From assembly GCA_950097015.1 (NCBI GenBank), contig CATNEN010000039.1, positions 744,001-808,000 on the forward strand: DNA of 64,000 bases, given 5' to 3'. Origin of the DNA: Macrostomum hystrix (taxonomy: Eukaryota; Animalia; Platyhelminthes). Shown piece after piece: positions 1 to 10,900 of the stretch (within the stretch, counting starts at the first letter, position 1; the number at the start of each line of letters is the position of its first letter). Both the position numbers and the translations under genes were made by a program. The notes under the pieces were generated by a model. It searched no databases. It saw nothing but the letters and a program-made list of their open reading frames with translations, and was not told the origin of the DNA.

Positions 1-162
1 ACTGGACCAGCTAGGCAGAGAGCCTTAGGCTACGGCTGTTACCGCATGTATGCGCACCATTGCGCGACCAGCCACGCAGCCACCAGACGACAGTGACGCC
101 AGCCGGGCTCAAAGCATCGCAGGACTAACCGCTCGGTCCTTTGCGCCCGGGTACAATCCATT

Positions 163-3100
163 ATGATGACGAATAGCTTTAACAGCGGCCGCAGCGGCGG
201 CGGCTTTGTCATCGATCGACAGCGTCGGCTCTCCCAGCAGCTGGTGACTTCTGGAGTGGCAGCTGTGACATCGAGTTCGCCGCCGCCACAGCCGCCTCCA
301 TTGCAGGCGCCGCCGCCTCCAAAGCCGGAGAAGTCCGACCGCGTCAAGGCTTTCGCCGAGAGCCTCCTCCGGCCGAAGCCGACACGAGCCAGCGTTCGAC
401 AGCTGCAGGGCGCGCGCCGCGTGGCCCGCCTTACCCAGGCCTTCGACACGCGCTCCGCAAGCACTGGGGTCGCCTCTGCCATCGGCGGCGGCCTGGGCGC
501 AAGTCGCTGGCGCAGCGAGGAGAACCTGCGGCTCACCTCCGGCGTTCATCAGCAACGGCGCAGCGCGACCAAGCCTCGCGCCTCCGTCATAGATGAGGAG
601 GAGGCCGCAGCTGCTGAGGACGAAATTGATGAAGACGGCGAAAACAACTCAGACGAGTCGGCGGACACTGGCGAAGGTTCCGATATTCAGATGCGCCAGT
701 TGCCGCCGCCAATGATTGCACTGTACGGTAGCGGAGGAGGTAACGGTGAAAATACTGTTCAGCAGCGGATCCGCGCCTTCGAATCCCGCAGTCAACTGAT
801 CGCCGGCGATGCTCTTGCTTCCAGGCCTGAGCCGCTGTCGCCGCGGCTTCAACAGGCGGCGACCCTGGCAGCGACGCCTGCGCTGCCCACCCACACGCAG
901 TCCGTCCGTCTGCCTGCGGTGGGCACTGCGGCGGTTGCCGACGAGACCAGCATCTATGAGGACTTGCGTCCGCTGCGTCAGCAACCAAAGCCGCAGAAGC
1001 CGCTGCCGGCTGTACCGCGTCATCGTCCCGGGACAGCTGCCGAAGCTGAGAATGTCTACGACATCGCCGGCGGAGGCGGCTTCGGTATGCGACGCACCGC
1101 CTCCGTTGAGGACATCATCTCGGCTCCGTTTCCGATGGGGGACTCGTCGGCAGCGGCGGGGGCAGAGAATGTGGAGTCCGAGTACGCCACAGTGACTGTC
1201 CGACCCGACCGTTCTGTCTCAGCTTCGTCTGGCTTATCGGCGCCAAGCCCAGCTTCCTCAGCCACCGCGCACACCCAGGAGGTCTGGCGCTCGCAAGTGC
1301 TCGACCGAGTCTCCGAGTCCTTCAGCGCCTTCCGTAAACTCTCCGCCGCCAGCAGCAGCGCCGGCAGCCGACTCGCCGCCATCTCTGACACGGCGGCAGC
1401 CTCCGACGCCGGAGGTAGCGACGACGATGACGGCAGCCGGAGCAACGTCAGCGAGGAGGTGGCGGACCGGATCAGGCGGGCCGAGCAGACCAGGCAGCAG
1501 AACGAGGCCATGCTGCATGGCGGCCTTGCGGCTAAGCGGATGCGGCATGACCAGCTGTTCGCCGGCTGCTGCCTCATCCGGATGAACCTAGTCGGAGGCG
1601 GTAAGTCTTGAGTTCGAACCTCCAGTTTGCTTATCATGTAATTGCGACTGAAATGCTTTGGTTGATTGATTTCCGCTTATCTTTCTTTTGCAAATAGCTT
1701 CCGATATGTATCGAAAATAAGCAAACGCAGCACACTCTCTGACACTGTACCGCAGCCGCTGCCGCCCCGGTCACCAGCTTCTGCCATCCGGCAGCTTTCG
1801 CTGGCCGTGACTTCAGCTACGCGCTGCCCAGCTTCTGCTTCCCTGACGCGGACAGCCTGCTGAGCCGGGCTGGCCGGCGGGAGCAACTAAACGACTACCT
1901 GCGCGAGTGCGACAAGTTTAGCTTTGTCATCACGGAGCAGCGCGGAGAGCGCTACTACGGCTACTGCATGCGCTGCCCCGTGCCGGCCTCCTCCGCGAGC
2001 GAGTCCGGCCGCCTGGCGCCGCAAAGCCTGGAGGCGCTGTGCATTGTGGCCGTGGTGGAGTCCGAGCAGCTGTACTACCAGATCCTGGTTGAGGCCTTCC
2101 GTAAAAGACTGGGCGCACGATCGCCGGAGCAGGGCCTGCTGGAGGTTGAGGAGTTCATTGGTGAGTTTTGCCTGGCGCTCGATATGTAGCGAAACATTTT
2201 CATAAGTTTTGAAAGCCATTACCCTCCGCCATCCGCCGCCTGCAGTCTCGGTCTACAATCGGCCACTGCCGAACGCAGGCAGCTGGTTCGACCTGACGAC
2301 AACCGACCCGGGCCGCGGCGGTCGAGTCGTCAGCTGCCGTTTCCACCGTCCGGCCAGCGGGCGGCTGCAGCACGTGTCCTACTCGCAGCTTCTGACCTTC
2401 CCTGGCGTGCAGAACTCCCTTCTGCTGTTCGGGGCGGTGCTGCACGAGCGCAAGGTCGTGCTGTCCAGCGCCAATCCGCGCCGCCTTAGCCAGTGCACCC
2501 AGGCCCTGGCGGCTCTGCTCTACCCACTCCGGTGGCAGCACACCCTGGTGCCCATTGTACCGGCTGCCATGCTGCGCATCGTCTGCTCTCCGACACCCTA
2601 TATTGTCGGCGTTCTGGCCGCCCACCTGCCCGCTGTGCTGCAGGACGATCTCGAAGACGACGTTTTGATTGTCAACCTTGACGATGGCCGGACCCTGCGT
2701 CAGAAGGGGGACGAGAAGAAGCTGCTGTCCAAGAAGCTGCAACGGGCCCTGTTCCGCAGTCTGGACAGCAACCGCCAGTTAGAGTCGCGAGCCGGTGGCG
2801 CCGGCGCTGGCGGCGGCCTCCGCATCAGCGAGCTGCTCATTGTGGAGACCTTCCTGCGCTTCTTTGTGGTGGCCATCGGGCACTACGCGGATCATGCGCA
2901 GCTCAGCGACTCCTCCGGCAGGCGTCGCTTCGAACGCGATTCATTCTGCTCTGCGCCGCGCTCCAAGGGCTTGCGCGCGCTGCTGAAGGTCCTGACGGCG
3001 ACTGGCAACTTCCACGTGTTCATCAGCGACGTGCTGGATGGCAGCGCCTATGAGGCCAACAAGCTGACCGTGTCCACTGTGCTGCGCGACTTTGACGCTG

Positions 3101-3411
3101 CTGTCCGAACCTTCCGTGACGAGGTCGAGCGCCACGGCGGCGGCGGCAGCGGCGGCGGCAGCGGCGGCGGCGGGGGCGGCGCGGGTGGCGGAGGCTTCCT
3201 CGACGGTTTTCGCAGCAAAATGAAGAAATTTTTCACTGTTGGCAGCCGCGGCAGTGGCGGCGACGTCGGTGGAAGGTCTGTCGGCACGCTGAGCAGCTCG
3301 TACCCGACGAAGGCTTCCGCGCTTGCCGGGGGCGGCGGGTCGCTGAGGTCGGCTGGAGGCATCGCCAGCGGCGGTGTCGATGGCAAGCCTGCCCTGCCGC
3401 CCAGACGGTGA
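163..3411 (+). CDS. DENND2: DENN-domain Rab GEF, DENND2/ST5-like; exons 163-1600, 1756-2160, 2246-3411 (~1002 aa)
   Basis: GT-AG introns 1601-1755 and 2161-2245, both phase 1 and frame-consistent. uDENN motifs LPSFCFPD and FSFVITEQRGERYYGYC; core DENN LHERKVVL...LYPLRWQHTLVPIVP...IVCSPTPYIVGVL; dDENN ETFLRFFVVAIGHY. Long low-complexity N-terminus as in DENND2 proteins. True 5' end could lie upstream. Confidence 0.88.
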
Positions 3412-4183
3412 AGGATGCGCCGCAACTTCGCATCTCGGCTCTTTTCACTAGTCATTTGCTGCGCGAAAGTTTTTCGATACATATCGTGCGAAACCTACAC
3501 CGCTGCATTCTGAGTTTGTTCTGCCAGCTCAATCCATACACTGCTCCGCCGTACAGCCTGAGATCCGATTGTGCAATCAAAACTGTCCCATTGCATGATT
3601 CATCGTTTTAAATTGAAGCCATCGCATACTACAGTAGCTCTATAATGTAGTGTAAATTGCTTTCACAGAAATACACAAACTCTTCTTTCTGAAGCTGCTC
3701 ATGTAGAGCTCACCCTGCAGACGCTGCTGCATTCCGGAAGTGAGCACATTCCGTAAGTATCATAATTTTCCGAGTTTCTACAATGCTCTGAGTCAGTGGT
3801 GCGGCGGTTGCTAGTGACTCTCCTTAGCCAATAGAGCCGCGGTGGCATGCAGGTGTGAAATGCTAATTTCGGCATTGGGGCCAGATTGAGTCACACCTGA
3901 AACTGCAACCGGCCTAACGAGCTGGCTTTTCTGTGTGACCTCAGCTCCACTTCATGCCTATTTGCCGTGGCCTGTCAGATTGCAGTCTGCTCAGATTATT
4001 TACGCATTGGCGAGTAGTTCATTCCAGCCAGAAATGAGACTTCAAGCTAAGCTTCGCCAAGCTAAATTTATCAATCTGCTTTCTTGCTTCGAAAGCAGCA
4101 AATCGATTGCAAAGCAGCAAAGTAGCAAATAAATTCATAGTTAATATCTTCTGGGAATAAGATGATCGCAGATAGGATTATGG

Positions 4184-4382
4184 TGAACAGAAAAAAGGAT
4201 AGAGGGGACAGAAAAAAGGACAGAGTGAACAGAAAATAGGACAGAGTGAACAGAAAACAGGATAGAGGGGACAGACAATAGGACAGAGTGAACAGCAGAT
4301 GGGACAGAGTGAACAGAAAATAGGACAGAGTGAACAGCAGATGGGACAGAGTGAACAGCAGATGGGACAGAGTGAACAGAAG
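4184..4382. repeat. ~21-bp purine-rich minisatellite (gatgggacagagtgaacagca-like)
   Basis: About 9 diverged tandem copies visible. Confidence 0.85.
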
Positions 4383-4882
4383 CAGTGGCAGGTGAGATAT
4401 GTGCAGTGGCAGGTGAAATGTGTGCAGTGGCAGGTGAAATGTGTGCAGTGGCAGGTGAAATGTGTGCAGTGGCAGGTGAAATGTGTGCAGTGGCAGGTGA
4501 AATGTGTGCAGTGGCAGGTGAAATGTGTGCAGTGGCAGGTGAGATGTGTGCAGTGGCAGGTGAGATGTGTGCAGTGGCAGGTGAGATGTGTGCAGTGGCA
4601 GGTGAGATGTGTGCAGTGGAGGGTGAAATGTGTGCAGTGGCAGGTGAAATGTGTGCAGTGGCAGGTGAGATGTGTGCAGTGGCAGGTGAGATGTGTGCAG
4701 TGGCAGGTGAGATGTGTTCAGTGGCAGGTGAGATGTGTGCAGTGGAGGATGAAATGTGTGCAGTGGCAGGTGAGATGTGTGCAGTGGCGGGTGAGATGTG
4801 TGCAGTGGCGGGTGAGATATGTGCAGTGGCAGGTGAGATGTTTGAAGTGGCAGGTGAGATTTGTGCAGGGGCGGGTGAGATG
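4383..4882. repeat. 21-bp minisatellite gtgcagtggcaggtgagatgt, ~24 copies
   Basis: Direct tandem repeat; units contain CAG|GTGA(G/A), a splice-donor-like motif. Confidence 0.95.
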
Positions 4883-4923
4883 TAGCAGACATTTGTCACA
4901 CCGCCTTTGTTCTCGTTTCACAG

Positions 4924-7900
4924 GCAGCCAACAGCTCGCGGCAGCCGTTCGTGCTGATGCTGCCACCGCCGAATGTGACCGGGGTGCTGCACATGGGCCA
5001 TGCTCTGGCCTTCGTCATCCAGGACGCCCTTGTCCGCTGGCACCGCGCCAACGGAGGCCGGGCCGTCTGGCTGCCCGGCTTCGACCACGCCGGAATCGCT
5101 ACCCAGGTGCTGATGGAGAAGCGGCTGGTCAAGGAGCTGGGCCTCAGCCGGCACGTGATCGGCAGGGACAGATTCGTGGCAGAGGCTGTCAAGTGGGCGG
5201 AGCTGTGAGTGCCCGGCTGGTGATGGGAAGTGGGGATCTGTGAGGACCGAGAGTGGGAGAACTGGGAATCAGGTGATAGGAAGTGGGGATCTGTGAGGAC
5301 CGAGAGTGGGAGAACTGGGAATCAGGTGATAGGAAGTGGGGATCTGTGAGGACCGAGAGTGGGAGAACTGGGAATCAGATGATAGAAAATGAGAATCTAG
5401 TAAGGATCCTAGATTTGGGAATCGCTGGAAGTTGTCACAATGAGATCTGATGAAATCCCCTTGAACCACCTGCCCCAGGAAGCGAACAGAAATCAGGGAG
5501 CAGATGCAGCTTCTCGGCCTGTCCGTTGACTGGAGCCAGGAGTTCTTCACCTACGATGAGGTGAGTGAGTGTAATCCTGCGTACTACTGTGGGCAGTAGC
5601 AATGCGCGACTCTTTTCCCGCTACTTTTCAGCGCCACTCGCGCGTTGTGACCGAGGCCTTCGTGCGCCTCTTCAACCAGGGCCTGATCTACCGCTCGCAG
5701 CAGCTCGTCAACTGGTCCTGCGCGCTCGAGTCCGCCATCTCTGACATTGAGGTAGGTCTGGACACCACCGACAACTGAACACCGTCTGGTTACTCTCATT
5801 CTGCCGATTCTTCTCCCTTCACCCTCAGCTCCACTTCTCTCCTCCGCTGTCCGCTACCATTCTCTCCCATCTCCTCCGCTCTCGTTTTCCCATTCTCTCC
5901 CATCTCCTCCACTTTCCGCTACCATTCTCTCCCAACTCCCCCACTCTCATTTTCCCATTCTCTCCCATCTCCTCTGCCGTACGCTACCATTCTCTCCCAT
6001 CTCCTCCACTTTCCGCTACCATTCTCTCCCAACTCCTCCACTCTCATTTTCCCATTCTCTCCCATCTCCTCCGCCGTACACTACCATTCTCTCCCATCCC
6101 CTCCGCTCTCATTTTCCCATTCTCTCCCATCTCCTCCGCTGCCCGCTACCATTCTCTCCCATCTCCTCCGCTCTCATTTTCCCATTCTCTCCCATCTCCT
6201 CCGCTGCCCGCTACCATTCTCTCCCATCTCCTCCACTGTCCGCTACCATTCCCTCCCATCTCCTCCGCTCTCATTTTCCCATTCTCCCCCATCTCCTCCA
6301 CTCTGCGCTCCTATTCTATCACATCAATTTTTTTAATTGCTTTCCTATCAACCCTCTCTGCCTAGTCCCTGCCTCTATATTGTTTTTTTTTCAGTCTTTT
6401 ATCCCATTCCATTCAGGTATTCCTCATATCAGAGGAATACAAAGCAGAAGAGCCGGTTCTCCTGCCAGCTTAGCTATTTTACGCATTATTTTTCTAGACC
6501 TGCTTTTTCACGCTCAGGCTTTTGTTCGAGTTGGAAAAGCAGCGCCAGGTGGCATTGGGGACCACAGAGTCGCCAGCCCGGGTATCCGGACTGCGCTGCC
6601 TCATTGTGAGACTATAGGGCTTTGGAAAAGCTTGTTGAATAGAAAATGCTGCAGCTTCCGGACCGCCACAACAGCCCGCGCCCTCCTCCCCGGAAACCTC
6701 GCTCAGGTGGAGTCTCGGGAAATCGCGGGTCCCACGCGTCTCCCGGTGCCCGGCCACGCGCGGCCCGTGGAGTTCGGCCGCCTGCACCGCTTCCTCTACC
6801 CATTCGCCGATGACGGTGGCAGCGGCGAGGGCGTTGTCGTTGCCACCACCCGCCCGGAAACGATGCTGGGTGACACCGCTGTCGCCGTGCATCCCGACGA
6901 CGCCAGATACTCGTCTCTGATTGGCCGGCGCCTTCTGCGGCATCCACTGGCAACGGGGCCGCCGCGTCTCCTACCCATTGTCGGGCATGCCTCGGTGGAC
7001 CCGGCCTTCGGCACCGGCGCCGTCAAGCTGACGCCGGGCCACAGCCGGGCCGACTTCGCTATCGTGGCCGATACGACAGCGACCGCCTCCTTGACGGTGT
7101 TTACAGAGGCCGGCGTCATCGGCGCCAACTGCGGAGCACCTGACGACCTGGTCGGCATGCCACGCTTTGAGGCGCGCGAGCTGATCGTGCAGCGGCTGGC
7201 GGAGCTCGGCCTGTACAGGGGCGCTGAGAAGCACGCGGTCAGTGAAGACTGCGTTGAATTAGATTGGGATTATCGATTGAGATTAAGAATGCGATTGGAG
7301 GGTACAGCAGGATCAGAGATCGGTTTTTGGATTTGGGTGAGAGGGGTTTAGCGTGTGACTTTTAAAATTCGGTGTCGGGTTATAGAATTATTTCGGTTTA
7401 ACGAATAGGATTGGGATTAAAATGTCAGACTGGGATTTTTGTTTCAGATTAAGATTAGAGTGCCATATGGAATTTGATCGGGATTTAATTTGAGTGAGAA
7501 TCCCAAGGTAAGATTAGGACTAGCCATAGGAGTCTGTAAGCTGTAATCTGTTGACGGCTGGCCACCCCCCGCACTGCAGATGACCCTGCCAGTGTGCAGT
7601 CGCAGCGGTGACATTGTTGAGCAGCAGCTCAAGAGCCAGTGGTTCGTCCGCTGCAGTAGCGTTGATGAAGACGGCGGCGGCATGGCGGCGCGGGCCAGCC
7701 AGGCTGTGCGGTCCGGCCAGCTTAGCATTCGGCCGGAGGGCTACGCGGCTGACTGGCTGGAGTGGATGCGGCGCACCGGCGACTGGTGCGTGTCCCGCCA
7801 GATTTGGTGGGGCCACCGCGTGCCCGCCTACGAGGTGCGGGCCTGGGGTGTGAGCGGCACTTAGGTGTGAGCGGCACTGGGGGTGTGAGCGGCACTGGGG

Positions 7901-10900
7901 TGTGAGCGGCACTGGGGTGTGAGCGGAACTGGGGTCTGTGGAGCTGGGCAGTAGCGGTATAAGCCAGGTTTGCACCCAAACTGAGTTTTGGTTTGGCTTG
8001 GCTTGCCGCGTTGGATCGCTCGATCACCGCTCCGCCTTCGCGTCTCGCCGCATTCCAGATGCTGGACGCCGCCAGCGGCTCCAGCCTCGGCTGGCTTGCC
8101 GCCCGCTCCGACGACGAGGCCGCCGAGTTGGCCAGGCGGAGGCGCCCAGCTGGCGACTTCGCTCTTCGACGCGACCCCGACGTCCTGGACACGTGGTTCT
8201 CCTCCGGCCTGCTGCCGCTGTCCCTGGCCGGCTGGCCGGACTCGCTGGATCCGCAGCGCCTGCCTCTCAGCCTCCTGGAAACCGGGCACGACATCCTGTT
8301 CTTCTGGGTGGCTCGCATGGTGATGCTCACCCAGCAGCTGCTGCCTGACCGCCGGCTGCCATTCAAATCCGTCCTGCTCAACGGACTCGTGTGCGACTCG
8401 CGCGGCCAGAAGATGAGCAAAAGCCGCGGCAACGTGATCGACCCAGTCGGCATGATTGGCCGCGGCGGTCCCGACGCCCTTCGGCTGGCCCTGTGCTGCC
8501 ACCGCTTCCAGCTGGACCGGGTGGCCTTTGATCCGCAACTGGTTGACACCTGCGCCCGCCTCCTTAACAAGCTGTGGCAGTCCCACCGCTACCTGCGGCC
8601 GCGGCTAGCCGAGGCTGGCCTGCTGGGCCGGGCGGATGTCTGCGGCCTGCTGGAAGACATTCAGGAGTCCGCCGAGCAACTGGACAAGGTGAGGCTGTGG
8701 AGCTGCTCTGATTGGCTGTCTATTTGCCAAAGGAGGGGTGGGTGTGCTTATTTAGGTTTAAGCTAGCTGTTGTGTAGACGTGTTTAAGGTTAGAGTATTA
8801 AACTGGCGCTCCCGACTCCCTAGTCATTTTAGTCTCTTATCTGCCCCAGTCCATGCGGCCTCCCATTTCTCCGATCCCATTTGCCGTCCCTTTCCGCATG
8901 GCAACAAAATTTAATTTTAGTGCGGGTTCCGCTCTGCCTGCCCGTCCCGGTCCATTGGGTGTAGAACCGGACTGAGAATTATTCAGCTATGTGAAACTCG
9001 CTGACTTGGTGATTACCAGCTCCGCCTCGCTTTTTTGGATGATTAGGCATGCGGCCCTGCACTTGTGCAGATTTTTATTAACCGAACAGGGTATATCCCA
9101 AATGGCATAATGGCATAATGGCCAGTCCCTGTCACTACTGATCATAAATACTAGTCCCTGTCACTTCTGATGACAAAGACCAGTCCCTTTCACTACTGAT
9201 CATAAATACTAGTCCCTGTCACTTCTGATGACAAAGACCAGTCCCTGTCACTTCTGATCATAAATACTAGTCCCTGTCACTTCTGATTACAAAGACCAGC
9301 CCCTGTCACTAGTGATGACAAAGACCAGCCCCTGTCACTAGTGATGACAAAGACCAGTCCCTGTCACTTCTGATCATAAATACTAGTCCCTGTCACTTCT
9401 GATTACAAAGACCAGCCCCTGTCACTACTGATCATAAATACTAGTCCCTGTCACTTCTTATGACAAAAGACCAGCCCCTGTCACTAGTGATGACAAAGAC
9501 CAGCCCCTGTCACTTCTGATCATAAATACCAGTCCCTGTCACTTCTGATGACAAAGACCAGTCCCTGTCACTTCTGATCATAAATACTAGTCCCTGTCAC
9601 TAGTGATGACAAAGACCAGCCCCTGTCACTACTGATCATAAATACTAGTCCCTGTCACTTCTGATGACAAAAGACCAGCCCCTGTCACTCCTGATGACAA
9701 AAGAACAGCCCCAGTCACTACTGATCATAAATACTAGTCCCTGTCACTAGTGATTACAAAGACCAGCCCCTGTCACTAGTGATGACAAAGACCAACCCCT
9801 GTCACTACTGATCATAAATACTAGTCCCTGTCACTTCTTATGACAAAAGAACAGTCCCTGTCACTAGTGATGACAAAGACCAGCCCCTGTCACTACTGAT
9901 CATAAATACTAGTCCCTGTCACTTCTGATGACAAAAGACCAGCCCCTGTCACTAGTGATTACAAAGACCAGCCCCTGTCACTCCTGATGACAAAAGACCA
10001 GCCCCAGTCACTAGTGATGACAAAGACCAGCCCCTGTCACTACTGATCATAAATACTAGTCCCTGTCACTTCTGATTACAAAGACCAGCCCCAGTCACTA
10101 GTGATGACGAAGACCAGATGCTTTGGTCTCACCTCCCAGGTGGATACGTGGCTGCTGAGCCGCCTGGCCAGTCTGGTCGAAGACTGCGACCGCAGCTTCT
10201 CGCCCGGCAGCTTCCAGCTGCAGGAGGCGGCCAATCGGCTGCGTGAATTCTGGCTGGCCGAGTTCTGCGACATCGGGCTGGAGTGTCTGAAGTCCCCCAT
10301 GGCCACCCGGGCCTCCTTGCTAGTCGCCTGCCTGGCGAGCCAGATCTTCTTGGCCCGGCTGGCTCCGTTCTGCCCGCACGTATGCCAGCTGCTCTGGCTC
10401 GCTGCTCATGGCAGCGGCGATAGCGACTCTGCCGCGGCGATGTCGGCGAGCTTGACGCCGGCAACGAGGGAACAGTTGGCGTCGTGGCGAGATCGGGGCC
10501 GCGAGGAAGTGACCGGCTTTGTGCTGGACCTGCTGGCTGCTTTCCGCGACTGGCGGGTCTTGCTGCGGCCCAATGAGACTGGAGACTGTGAGATTCCGGG
10601 CTGCGGGATATAGCATCCATCCACCTCAGTACAATAGCATCCATCCACCTCAGTACAATAGCATCCATCCACCTCAGTACAATAGCATCCATCCACCTCA
10701 GTACAATAGCACCCATCCACCTCAGTACAATCGCCTCCATCCAGCTTACTCTGCAAACAACCGAATGTAATATTTCTGAGACCTCAACCTAGGCTTGCAG
10801 CCGGCAATATTTAATATGTAGTGACAGAAATGGAAACTAGTTATACAATTGAAATGACAAACACAACGGTGAGCCGCATGTCTGAGGTCAGAGCAGGTTA

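Noticed and set aside
1605-1625. GTTCGAA T-loop-like motif (tRNA or SINE)
   Set aside because: No cloverleaf or A-box context; lies at an intron start.
4034-4132. MRLQAKLRQAKFINLL... as a mitochondrial targeting exon for ValRS
   Set aside because: Composition is suggestive, but there is no credible donor before the TAA, which overlaps the AATAAA; cannot be excluded without cDNA.
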